A stretch of DNA of 64,000 nt, from positions 1 through 64,000 of the forward strand of contig CAWBZV010000005.1 in assembly GCA_963793305.1 (NCBI GenBank), in the 5' to 3' direction. Below are positions 1-9,216 of this stretch, piece after piece; the first letter of the stretch is position 1; each line of letters begins with the position of its first letter. The translations under genes were made by a program, and so were the position numbers. The stretch is from an uncultured Gemmatimonadales bacterium. Its GTDB lineage: Bacteria > Gemmatimonadota > Gemmatimonadetes > Gemmatimonadales > Gemmatimonadaceae. A model generated the notes under the pieces. The model worked only from the letters and a program-made list of their open reading frames with translations. It had not been told where the DNA came from and ran no database searches.

Positions 1-457
1 CGTCGCGAACACCGTGAACAACGCGCTCAAGGGCCGCGTCTTCCCATTGGTGGTGACCTGCCGTTCCTGCATGGCCTCGAGCAACTCCGCCTGCGTCTTC
101 GCCGGCGCACGATTGATCTCGTCCGTCAGCAAGAGATCCGTGAACACCGGCCCCGCGCGAAATTCGAACCCGCGCGTCGCCTCGCTGAACACGGAGACGC
201 CGGTCACGTCCGACGGCATGAGGTCGGGCGTAAACTGTATCCGCCCGAAGCCCGCGCCGAGCGCTTCGGCCAGCGTGCGAACGAGCAACGTCTTGGCGGT
301 GCCCGGCACGCCCTCCACCAACACATGCCCGCGCGCGAGAAACGCCACCAGTATCTCGTCGATCAGGACGTTCCTGACCGATGATGCGCTGCCCCACGCT
401 GTCGCGAATGCGTCGCAGCGTCTCGGCGATTGCTGTGGCGTTGAGAGATCCCGTCAC
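1..457 (-). CDS. MoxR family AAA+ ATPase (5' part; runs off window; frameshift near 370)
   Basis: Manual minus-strand translation gives [16 protein letters not shown] (Walker A), [15 protein letters not shown] and [27 protein letters not shown] start at 457 overlaps the upstream TGA. One extra base near 370. Confidence 0.9.
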   Translation of the reverse strand, partial: MTGSLNATAIAETLRRIRDSVGQRIIGQERPDRRDTGGVSRARACVGGGRAGHRQDVARSHAGRSARRGLRADTVYARPHAVGRDRRLRVQRGDARVRISRGAGVHGSLADGRDQSCAGEDAGGVARGHAGTAGHHQWEDAALERVVHGVRD

Positions 458-1647
458 GTCCCCAGTACCCGGTCGATGCGGTCCACCGCGCGTCCGACCG
501 CCAACAGCTCGGCCGGAGCGATCCCGTCGCTCACGCCGTGAGGATATGCTGGACGTCATCGGCGAGCGGCGGATTCTGCGCCGCGACGCCCTGGAGATAC
601 GCTTCATCGTTCCGCACGCCCTTGCGCGAATGCCGCCGCCTGAGCCCCCGAATGAGCCGCCGCACGGCGGTACGCGTGGCGTTGACGCGCGCGTACGCCC
701 GCGCCAGCGCCGCGACATGCTCCAACGCCGATCGCCGCTCGATGCGCTTGCGGCTGGTCGGCGCCACCGGGCGCCACGCGGCAACCGCCAGCAGGATGAG
801 CGCCGCCACCGCGACCTGCGCCAAGGTGCGTCCTTCGGACGTGTCGGTGAGGAAATTGCTGACGGCCGACCATATCCCCGCCCTCGCCCCGAAATCATGT
901 TCGTCGAACACGAGCACGGGTCGCTTGCCGCCCGAGGCGTAGTCGAGCATGCGGACGGCGGCGGGGCCAAGGCCGTACCGACACACGCGAATGACGTCAT
1001 TCCGCGAAGAGATCCGCGTCCGACACCACGACGACTCGCCCCTCGCCAAATCGGTAGCCGACAGCTGCGGCCGATATCGTCTTGTCGGTGTCCGATTGGA
1101 CGGCGACGAATAGCGCGGTGTCATCCGGCGACGCGCGCGAGCGGCTGATCGAGTTGAGTCGCACGGAATCATTTGGCCACATTGGCACGGGCGACCCTGC
1201 GTCCTCATCCGGACAGTCGAGCGGTGGCTGTGGGACCATAACCCGGCCGGGTGCCGAGGCGACATGCAGTGAGTCGTTCAAGGCGGAGGCCCCATCAGAA
1301 ACAACGTAGACTAGCCCGGCGCCCCGGCGAACCGCGTCGAGAATCGCGTGCGCCTCACGGATGGTTGGCGACACCGGCGGATCGAGCAGAAGGTAGACGC
1401 GATCCGAGTCGAGCGGCGCGGCGAATGCTCCTCGACGCCGCGACTCGGGCCATCCCAATCGCCCAGCGATCTCGTACAACCCGCGGGCACCCCCGGGGCT
1501 CGCCGAATCGGACGACAGCGCTCCGCGGACCATGAGGGGCGTCGCCGAGGGCGTCGGTTCGAGCAGGATCGCCGCGATGAGCGCGGCGGCGATGACGGGC
1601 AGCGCGATCTTCGGCGAGAGGAGCCGTTCGACGAGTGACTTCGCCAT
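454..1647 (-). CDS. DUF4350-like membrane protein of MoxR cluster (frameshifts near 540 and 1005)
   Basis: ORFs 997..1647 and 531..1265 join (VVVSDADLF|RNDVIR...FDEHDFG...LEHVAALARAY); a further shift gives ...[11 protein letters not shown] ending at 454, coupled to the MoxR start. Confidence 0.7.
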
Positions 1648-1653
1648 ACCGCG

Positions 1654-2169
1654 TCAGCCGAGCGACCCGAGCTCGGGGTCGATCCGCCCGGCGAGCTCCA
1701 GGAGCGACTGGAACCTGGGCTGGTCGCACGACCCGAGCCGATAGATCACCACCTCGTAGCCTCTGGCGAACTCACGAAACGGACCGAAGACCGTGGGCGC
1801 CGTGCGCCGCAGGTCGCGCGCGTAGTCGCCCGCGGTCTTGGAGGGATCCAATCGGAGCGGCACCCGCGCGGACACGCGGTCGAGGAGCGCTTCATAGAGC
1901 GCGTGGGCCGCGTCGGTGTATGCACCGCTCGCCGCGAGTCGTTTGGCGAGCGCCCACGGATCACCACCCTTGCCGGGGCGCATCCGGCGCGTGAAATGCG
2001 CCGCGTATCCTCCGCCCGGCGAGTATGCGAGCAGCACGAAATGCCCGATGGTGAGCAGGGCGACCGCCACGATGCCATACACGATGAGGTGCTTGGCCGC
2101 CGGGGATCGGTCGATCGCGTTGAAGAAACTCGCCACCCAGGTCATGACGCGCAGCAGCCAGCGACTCAT
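1654..2169 (-). CDS. DUF4129-like membrane protein
   Basis: TM segment followed by G.Y..A..ALY.ALL...DPSKTAGDYAR...F.R.YEVVIY pattern; typical MoxR-cluster context. Start may lie further upstream. Confidence 0.7.
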   Translation of the reverse strand: MSRWLLRVMTWVASFFNAIDRSPAAKHLIVYGIVAVALLTIGHFVLLAYSPGGGYAAHFTRRMRPGKGGDPWALAKRLAASGAYTDAAHALYEALLDRVSARVPLRLDPSKTAGDYARDLRRTAPTVFGPFREFARGYEVVIYRLGSCDQPRFQSLLELAGRIDPELGSLG

Positions 2170-2275
2170 GATCGAGGTCGGCCCCGTCGTCGTGCGACCG
2201 TACGCGTGCTGCCGAAATACGGCGGCGACCGTATCCTGTACGGTCGCCGCGCCAGCGGAATCGAGTTGCAGGTGG

Positions 2276-3073
2276 CTACGCCGGTTGGGGCTTCGCCGGG
2301 GGTGCTCCGGGTCCGCCCGTTTGCTGCGCCATCAATTCGATGTCGTATCCCTCTTTCCGAATGCGCGCATTGTAGTACAACAGCGTCATCGTGACTGGCG
2401 CGAGGGGCAGCAGCGCGCTGGCTCCGAGTGCCAGGATGATCTGGCTGATCAACGTCTGTCCGCCGAAGCCGCCCGCGAGGCCCGCGATGAAAAAGATGAT
2501 GAGGAAGCCGACGAAGTAGATGACGAACCCGACGAGCCCGGTGAGAAAAATGTGTCCTTTGAGCCCCTTCGACAAATCGAACGATCGGGACGCGGCATTA
2601 CCAGCGCTCAACCCTTCGAACGCGATGATGTACGGCATCGCGAACAGGCCGAGGGCGACATAAATGCCCGGAATAATGAAGAGGAGCGATGCGAGACCAA
2701 TCGCGACCGACTGATAGACGTAGCCCCAGGCCATCCCTGGCGCTCGCTTCATGGCGCGACTGATCGCGTCGGCGACGACGACGGGCTTGCCGAGATACGC
2801 ATCCGAGCTGGCCAGGAAGAGGGCGGTCTGGAAGATCGCGCTCAGGGCAATGAAGAGGATAAAAAACACGATCAACGCGGTGATGCTGAAGGCGCTCGGC
2901 GTGGCAACCGTTCCGCGCGCGCTTTGGGGCACGAGCAGTGGCGGGATCACGTAGAGCGGCACCGTGAACAGCGCCGACAACGTGTAGAACGTCGCGAAGT
3001 TGCGGCGCATGATCTGTATCGTCGCGTCGATCAACTCCGTGGCCGAGCGGGCACGGTACGCGGCAGCCGACAC
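2276..3073 (-). CDS. Integral membrane protein of MoxR cluster
   Basis: 265 aa multi-TM ORF with N-terminal RARSATELIDAT and C-terminal LLYYNARIRKEGYDIE motif; GGAGG RBS upstream. Confidence 0.75.
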   Translation of the reverse strand: MSAAAYRARSATELIDATIQIMRRNFATFYTLSALFTVPLYVIPPLLVPQSARGTVATPSAFSITALIVFFILFIALSAIFQTALFLASSDAYLGKPVVVADAISRAMKRAPGMAWGYVYQSVAIGLASLLFIIPGIYVALGLFAMPYIIAFEGLSAGNAASRSFDLSKGLKGHIFLTGLVGFVIYFVGFLIIFFIAGLAGGFGGQTLISQIILALGASALLPLAPVTMTLLYYNARIRKEGYDIELMAQQTGGPGAPPAKPQPA

Positions 3074-3145
3074 TGGAGCCTCCAGGAAGGGGAAAGGCTT
3101 ATCGCGCTAAGATCGCGCCGAAGGGCCCTGGAAGTAAATAGCTGG

Positions 3146-3436
3146 TTACGTCGAGGGCTCGCCCGCGCCGGCCTCGTAGTGCGCCTCGCACTCATCCCAC
3201 ACCCACGCCGCCAGCAAGTAGCCGACCGCACCGCACGCGACAAAGAGTCCGACGACCGCACTCCAAACGATCGCGCGCTCACGGAGGGTGTGATACGCAA
3301 CCGTGACGATACTGCACGGCACACCCCACCCGGCGACGCCGTAGCGCCACAGAAACGCAGACCGCCCACCGGCACGCAATCGCGTCCAGCGGGCCAACGC
3401 GTCCGGATGCGCGGCGTCGGGCCAGGGAATGCTCAG
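3146..3436 (-). CDS. Small hypothetical membrane protein
   Basis: 3' part of ORF 3146..3595 (SIPWPD...W..LRAGG..AFLWRYGVAGWG, two hydrophobic segments) directly after the acyl-CoA dehydrogenase stop; start uncertain. Confidence 0.5.
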   Translation of the reverse strand: MSIPWPDAAHPDALARWTRLRAGGRSAFLWRYGVAGWGVPCSIVTVAYHTLRERAIVWSAVVGLFVACGAVGYLLAAWVWDECEAHYEAGAGEPST

Positions 3437-4605
3437 CGCAGCACCGCCTTGGCGATCGTCTGAAGCTGCATGTTCGACGTCCCTTCGTAGATCGTGCCGA
3501 TCTTCGCGTCCCGATAGAACTTCTCGACGGGATACTCCGTCGTATACCCATACCCGCCGAACAACTCCACGCAGAGCGAGGTCACGCGCTCGCACACCTG
3601 CGAGGAGAAGAGCTTCGCCATTGCCCCTTCACGCGCAATATCCTGCCCGGCGTCCTTGAGCCGCGCGGCGTTGTACACCATGAGCCGCGCCGCCTCGAGC
3701 TCCGTCGCGGCCTGCGCAACCTGGAATTGAATCCCCTGGAACTCGGCCAACGGCTTGCCGAACTGCTTGCGCTCCTTCAGGTACCCGAGCGCAGCGTTGA
3801 GCGCGCCGCCCGCGACCCCGATCATTTGCGCGCCGATGCCGATTCGCCCGCCATTCAACGTCTCGATCGCGATCTTGTAGCCCTGGCCCACGGGACCCAG
3901 CACGTTCTCGCCCGGCACGACACAGTCGTCGAGGATCAACTCGACGGTGCTCGACGCCCGAATCCCCAGCTTGTCCTCCCGCTTGCCGACGCTGAATCCC
4001 GGTGCATCCCGCTCGACGATGAACGCGGTGATCCCGCGATACCCTTGGGCAGGGTTCACGTTGGCGAAGATCACGAAGATGTTGGCCTCGCCGCCATTCG
4101 TGATCCACATCTTGCGGCCATTCAGCACCCAATCGGAACCGCGTTGAGTCGCCACGGTCGCCAGGCCGAACGCGTCAGAGCCGGAGCCTGGCTCCGACAG
4201 CGCGTACGCGCCGACTTCGCCGGACACGAGACGCGTCAGGTACTTCGAGCGCTGGGCCTCGGTTCCGTAGCGAGTGATCGGGTAGTTGACCAGCGTGTTC
4301 TGCACGTCGACCATAATGGCCGCCGCGGCATCCACCTGGCTGATCGCCTCGACGGCCAGCGCAACCATGGTGAGTGTGCCGGCCGCGCCGCCGTAGCTCT
4401 CCGGGACCTCGATGCCCATGAGTCCGAGCGCGAAGTACTGGGGAATCAGCTCGGGGTCGATCCGTCCGGCGGATTCCATTGCTTTGACGCGAGGCCGAAC
4501 TTCGCTCTCCGCGAACGCCGAAACGGCGTCGCGAAACATGATCTCCTCGTCGGAGAAGGTCGTGAGAGCGGGACGGCTGAGGGGGAGAGGAGGGGCACTC
4601 GACAT
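3433..4605 (-). CDS. Acyl-CoA dehydrogenase (short/branched-chain type)
   Basis: YALSEPGSGSDA, LNGRKMWITNG, ERKQFGKPL, FGGYGYTTEYPVEKFYRDAKIGTIYEGTSNMQ motifs. Confidence 0.95.
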   Translation of the reverse strand: MSSAPPLPLSRPALTTFSDEEIMFRDAVSAFAESEVRPRVKAMESAGRIDPELIPQYFALGLMGIEVPESYGGAAGTLTMVALAVEAISQVDAAAAIMVDVQNTLVNYPITRYGTEAQRSKYLTRLVSGEVGAYALSEPGSGSDAFGLATVATQRGSDWVLNGRKMWITNGGEANIFVIFANVNPAQGYRGITAFIVERDAPGFSVGKREDKLGIRASSTVELILDDCVVPGENVLGPVGQGYKIAIETLNGGRIGIGAQMIGVAGGALNAALGYLKERKQFGKPLAEFQGIQFQVAQAATELEAARLMVYNAARLKDAGQDIAREGAMAKLFSSQVCERVTSLCVELFGGYGYTTEYPVEKFYRDAKIGTIYEGTSNMQLQTIAKAVLR

Positions 4606-4632
4606 GCCCTAAAAACTAACGCCTGCCCTGTC

Positions 4633-5121
4633 CTATCTCACCCAGTCGACGGACTGAACCGCGGCGTCGATCTGATCTTCGAGCGTCGTCAACGCGCCCG
4701 GGGAGAACGGCGAGCCCACGTCGTGCGTGACGGTCTTCACGCGGTCGCTCTGCCGCCATGACGTAATCGCCACCGGATTCTGGCTCAAACCGCCGGCGTA
4801 CGAGTTCTCCAACGTGAAATAATTGATCCGCTGGAAGTCGGTGACGATCTGGTTGAGCGTCTCGCGCGAGATCGTCGCATGCCAGTGGCCAGCCTTGCTG
4901 ACGTTGGCCTTGCCCTCGTAGTCCACCCGGCCGTCACCGTAGAACGACAACTTGTACTCGGCGCACTGCCCTTTGCACTGCGTGCGCTCGAGCGTGAAGA
5001 CGGGCGTCGCGGCCGGCGCTTTCGCCAGCTTGGCGTGACTGACGTGGGTCTGCGCGGAAGCCCGGACTGCTGTTGCGCACAGCAGCGCAAGGGCCAGCAT
5101 CACAGTTGTCCGCGACGGCAT
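4633..5121 (-). CDS. Secreted DUF6438-like protein
   Basis: Signal peptide, then TLERTQCKGQCAEYKLSFYGDGRVDYEG pattern. Confidence 0.65.
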   Translation of the reverse strand: MPSRTTVMLALALLCATAVRASAQTHVSHAKLAKAPAATPVFTLERTQCKGQCAEYKLSFYGDGRVDYEGKANVSKAGHWHATISRETLNQIVTDFQRINYFTLENSYAGGLSQNPVAITSWRQSDRVKTVTHDVGSPFSPGALTTLEDQIDAAVQSVDWVR

Positions 5122-5145
5122 ACCTACATGACGACGCCAGGCCGC

Positions 5146-5517
5146 CTAAGATACGGCGGACACGCCCGCCCGCTCGGCGATAATCTCCCCGAGCTTCTCA
5201 TGAATCCCAAACGCGGGCGTCACGCGATATCGGACCCCAGGGTACGGCGCCGCCGCCTCGGCCACCATGCGGGGAATGTCCGCAGTCGAATGTTTCCCGG
5301 GGGACAGCATATAAGGAAAGGCGATGATCTCGTCCGCGCCCGCGTCGACGCAGTCCCCGAATCCCCGGGCGATCGACGGCTCCGCGATCTCCATATGGGC
5401 GTAGCGAACCACCGCGGTCGTGCCCAACTGCCGCTGCACCAGCTCGGCCATTTCGCCGAGCATCGCGTTGGCCTCGTCACGGCGAGACCCGTGGTCGATC
5501 AAGAGAATGGCTTTCAT
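5146..5517 (-). CDS. CbiX/SirB-family sirohydrochlorin chelatase (small form)
   Basis: MKAILLIDHGSRR...AHMEIAEPSI...PYMLSPGKH..DIP motifs; ATG at 5517. Confidence 0.85.
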   Translation of the reverse strand: MKAILLIDHGSRRDEANAMLGEMAELVQRQLGTTAVVRYAHMEIAEPSIARGFGDCVDAGADEIIAFPYMLSPGKHSTADIPRMVAEAAAPYPGVRYRVTPAFGIHEKLGEIIAERAGVSAVS

Positions 5518-5545
5518 ACCCCGGGAAATATACAATTCGCACGGA

Positions 5546-6688
5546 ATGGCACCCCAGCCACGGCGCGTCCTGCTCGTCGAGCAGAATCGGGATGGCACGG
5601 CCGGCGGCTCCTACCAGTCGCTGTACGATATTGCCCGGTCGCTCGACCGGAGCCGGTACACGCCAGAAGTGCTGTTCTACGCGACAAACCGGTTCGTCGA
5701 CCGACTGACCGATCTCGGCGTCCCCGTCCATATCTGGTCGCCATCCCGACGGTCCAACCGACTGGCGAACGCCATCGGTGGCGTGTTCGACTGCGTGGGA
5801 TTGTTGCAGCGGCTACATATCGACATCGTCCACCTGAACAACGCGCCAGCCGCGGGCGCCGACACTTGGCTCCCGGCGTCCTGGATCCGCCGGATCCCCT
5901 GCATCACGCACGCCCGTACGGTCGTCCGCCCCGGCCACACCGCCATCGATCGGCGGCTGCACCGCCGATATGATCTGGTGCTGGGCGACAGCCGGCACGT
6001 CGCGGAGGCCGTCATAGCCACGACCGGTATCGCGCGCGAACGCGTCCGCGTGGTCTACGAGGGTGTCGATGCCGATGCGTTCCGCGACTCGGTCCGTCGG
6101 CCCGCCGCGGAAGTCCGCCAGCAATTCGGCGTTCGCCCCGACGACGTGCTGATCGTGATGGCCGGGCACCTGCGTCCCTGGAAGGGGCAACACGTACTCG
6201 TCGACGCGCTCTCGCGCGTCACGAACCGCGATCACATCAAAGCGATATTCGTCGGCGGCACGCCCGCGGGCCACACCGACTACGTCGAGCAACTCCAAGC
6301 GACGGCGGCCGCCACGGGTCTCACCGGTATCATATCGTTCGTCGGTGAGCGCAACGATGTCGCCGATTTCATGAACGCCGCCGACATTGTCGTGCACGCG
6401 TCGACCGACCCCGAGCCATTCGGCATCGTCGTCGTCGAAGGCATGGCTTTGGGCAAAGCCGTCCTCGCCTCTGCCCTCGGCGGTCCGCTCGAGATCATTA
6501 CGCCAGGCACGGGCTTGCTCTTTGACCCCGCCCATCCCGAAGAGCTAGCGGCTGCCATAGACCGCGTCGCTGCCGACGCCAACTTCCGCGCCGACCTCGG
6601 CCGCGCCGCGAGGGAGCGCGCTGATGTCTTCTCCGTTCGCGCGCTCGTCAGCGGAACTGAAGCGGCTTACGACTTGGTCAGCCAGTAA
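5546..6688 (+). CDS. Glycosyltransferase family 4
   Basis: GHLRPWKGQ and EPFGIVVVEGMALGKAV GT-B motifs. Confidence 0.9.
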   Translation: MAPQPRRVLLVEQNRDGTAGGSYQSLYDIARSLDRSRYTPEVLFYATNRFVDRLTDLGVPVHIWSPSRRSNRLANAIGGVFDCVGLLQRLHIDIVHLNNAPAAGADTWLPASWIRRIPCITHARTVVRPGHTAIDRRLHRRYDLVLGDSRHVAEAVIATTGIARERVRVVYEGVDADAFRDSVRRPAAEVRQQFGVRPDDVLIVMAGHLRPWKGQHVLVDALSRVTNRDHIKAIFVGGTPAGHTDYVEQLQATAAATGLTGIISFVGERNDVADFMNAADIVVHASTDPEPFGIVVVEGMALGKAVLASALGGPLEIITPGTGLLFDPAHPEELAAAIDRVAADANFRADLGRAARERADVFSVRALVSGTEAAYDLVSQ

Positions 6689-7242
6689 CGGCTAAATATC
6701 TCGGCAACGGGGCATTCAAAACCCGGCAGCACATTGTAACCGGACAGGCGATCACCCAAGTTCAGCACGATCGCATTGAGCTGCGGCCGGTACACCGTGA
6801 TCGTGCGACGATTCGTGTCGACGTACCAGACCAGCCGCGATCCCGTGCGGAGATATTGCGCGATTTTCTCGGCCATCTCCCGCTTCCGGTTGCTCGGCGA
6901 CTTGACCTCGACGGCGAGATCGGGAGCGCCATCGAGATAGGTCGGCATCTCCTCGCTTGGCACGCGGTCCGCCCGCACGAATGACACGTCAGGCGCGCGA
7001 ACGGTGTCTGGATTCCTTTCCAACACGAAACCGGGATCACCAAAGACCACTCCGAGCTTTCGCGATGCGACAAACTCGTATAGCAGATGGCTGATCTTGC
7101 TGGCGATCCAACCGTGGTCCGACGCTGCTGGTGCTTCGCGGACGCAGATGACGCCCCGGATAAGCTCGCTCTCACGGGGTGCTACGGAGTCTGGCAGAGC
7201 GCCGTATTCCTCCGCCGTGAGGAGTTTCTGTGAAGTTGTCAT
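6667..7242 (-). CDS. Uma2 family (PD-(D/E)xK) putative endonuclease
   Basis: RAPDVSFV...APDLAVEVKSPS...K...YLRTG.RLVW.VD...LPGF motifs. Confidence 0.9.
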   Translation of the reverse strand: MTTSQKLLTAEEYGALPDSVAPRESELIRGVICVREAPAASDHGWIASKISHLLYEFVASRKLGVVFGDPGFVLERNPDTVRAPDVSFVRADRVPSEEMPTYLDGAPDLAVEVKSPSNRKREMAEKIAQYLRTGSRLVWYVDTNRRTITVYRPQLNAIVLNLGDRLSGYNVLPGFECPVAEIFSRYWLTKS

Positions 7243-7323
7243 GTGTCCATCCTAGCGTTGAGGTTTGAGTGCCCGCAACGCGGAATATCGAACGGTGCCG
7301 TCAGTCGAGCGTCATCGTTGACG

Positions 7324-9216
7324 TCAGCGCTTCATCACCTCGAGCGCGAGCTCGATTTTCCCGAACGGCGCCGAGACCTGCACGCCTTGCACGTCGCCAC
7401 GGACCGCGTCGAGCATCTCGCGCGCAATCGCGAGCCCCTCCGCAACCGCATGCTCCTTGGATCGCTCGTTCGCCCGCCGCATACGGGCAATGATGGGCTC
7501 CGGCACCGTCACGCCGGGAACCTCGTTCGCCAGAAACTCGGCGTTGCGCAGAGAGACCAGCGGCCAGATCCCCGCGATGATCGGGATGCGCGCGGGCATC
7601 GTCTCCAGGAACCGCTCGAGCTGCGCCACGTCGAACACGGGCTGCGTAATCGCATACTCGGCGCCCGCATCGACCTTCCACGCGAACCGCCGGAGCTCCT
7701 CGGCGCTATCGATCGCCGCGGGATTGACGCCGACGCCGATCGCGAACCTGGTCGGCGCGCCGATCGGGTTCCCGCCCGGATCGAGACCGCGGTTCAACCG
7801 CGCGACGAGATTCGTGAGCCCGATCGAATCGATGTCGAAGACCGCCGTCGCATCGGGATACGGCCCCATCTTCGGCGGGTCCCCGGTGATGAGCAGCAAG
7901 TTGCGGAGGCCCATTGCCGCGGCGCCGAGCAAGTCGCTCAGCATCCCGAGGAAGTTGCGATCGCGACAACAGTAATGCGTGACGGCCTCGAGCCCCGAGA
8001 CTTGCTGCTGAATCAAAATGCTCACCAGCACCGCGCTCATGCGACTTTGTGCGCGGGGGCCATCAGGAACGTTCACCGCGTCGATGCCCGCATCGCGCAG
8101 CGCCGTGACGTCGCGCAGCATGCGCGAGGCGTCCACGCCGCGCGGCGGCACGATCTCGACCGACGAGACAAACTGCCCTTTCGCCAGCTTCGCGGCCAGC
8201 GACGAGCGCTCGGCAAACGGCACGGGCTCGACGCCCACCTGCTCGGTCGGCGTCGACACGCCGCCAGAGAACCGGCCGCGGCCCGCGGAGCTCGCGACCG
8301 TCGCATGACGTGGGGCGAGCGGTCGCACGCCTTCGGCCATGGCCCGCGTATGCTCGGGCGTCGTCCCGCAACACCCGCCGACGACGCGCGCGCCGGCGCG
8401 AATCAGGTGCGCGGCGTAGGTCGCCATATACTCGGGACTCGCCATGTACATGCTGCGGCCGCCGACATCCCGCGGCATTCCCGCGTTCGGCTGGGCCGAC
8501 AGCTTGCGGCGCGTCACCGGCGTCATCTTCTCGATCGCATCGAGAATCGCCTGCGGCCCGACCGAGCAATTGAGGCCGACGATATCGGCCCCGAATCGAT
8601 CGAGTGCCGCGGCGATATCCGCCGGCCGCACGCCGAACGGCGTCACCCCGTCGACGCCGATGGTCATCTGGGCAATGACCGGCATCGTCGGGTCGACCTC
8701 GCGCGCCGCGCGAATCGCCTGCTCGATCTCGTCGAGATCGCCGAACGTCTCGGCGATGAACAGGTCGGCGCCACCTTCGGCGAGCGCCTCCATCTGCTCG
8801 CGGAAATGCGCCCGCGCTTCGTCCCGACTCGTCGGGCCATACGGCTCGATGCGCAAGCCGAGTGGGCCCACGGCGCCGGCGACGAGGATCGAGTCGCCGG
8901 CGGCTTCGCGCGCCAGCCGCGCCGCGGCGGTGTTGAACGCGCGCACACTGTCCTCGAGCCCATACTGCGCCAGCTTCGGGCGGTTCGCGCCAAAGCTGTT
9001 GGTCTCCAACACCTCGGCGCCCGCCCGCACGTACTCCTCGTGCACGCCACGCACGAGATCGGGCGCGCGGACGTTCAGCTCATCGTAGCACTGATTGATG
9101 AACACGCCGCGCGAGTACAGCATCGTGCCCATCGCGCCGTCGAACATCGACACGCGCTCGGGATCGAGCAACCGCTCGAGCAACGCCCGGCGCGAGATGA
9201 CGACGGGTGCGGTCAT
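7324..9216 (-). CDS. yitJ: Bifunctional homocysteine S-methyltransferase / methylenetetrahydrofolate reductase
   Basis: N-terminal DGAMGT...GLNCS...GGCCGTTPEH; C-terminal MTHFR-like domain (NVPDGPRAQSRM, CRDRN, ITGDPP, AITQPVFD). Confidence 0.9.
   Translation of the reverse strand: MTAPVVISRRALLERLLDPERVSMFDGAMGTMLYSRGVFINQCYDELNVRAPDLVRGVHEEYVRAGAEVLETNSFGANRPKLAQYGLEDSVRAFNTAAARLAREAAGDSILVAGAVGPLGLRIEPYGPTSRDEARAHFREQMEALAEGGADLFIAETFGDLDEIEQAIRAAREVDPTMPVIAQMTIGVDGVTPFGVRPADIAAALDRFGADIVGLNCSVGPQAILDAIEKMTPVTRRKLSAQPNAGMPRDVGGRSMYMASPEYMATYAAHLIRAGARVVGGCCGTTPEHTRAMAEGVRPLAPRHATVASSAGRGRFSGGVSTPTEQVGVEPVPFAERSSLAAKLAKGQFVSSVEIVPPRGVDASRMLRDVTALRDAGIDAVNVPDGPRAQSRMSAVLVSILIQQQVSGLEAVTHYCCRDRNFLGMLSDLLGAAAMGLRNLLLITGDPPKMGPYPDATAVFDIDSIGLTNLVARLNRGLDPGGNPIGAPTRFAIGVGVNPAAIDSAEELRRFAWKVDAGAEYAITQPVFDVAQLERFLETMPARIPIIAGIWPLVSLRNAEFLANEVPGVTVPEPIIARMRRANERSKEHAVAEGLAIAREMLDAVRGDVQGVQVSAPFGKIELALEVMKR

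Noticed and set aside
6667..7242. Uma2 nuclease as a defence system or mobile element
   Set aside because: Solitary gene of a common multicopy family; no methyltransferase, transposase or terminal repeats nearby.
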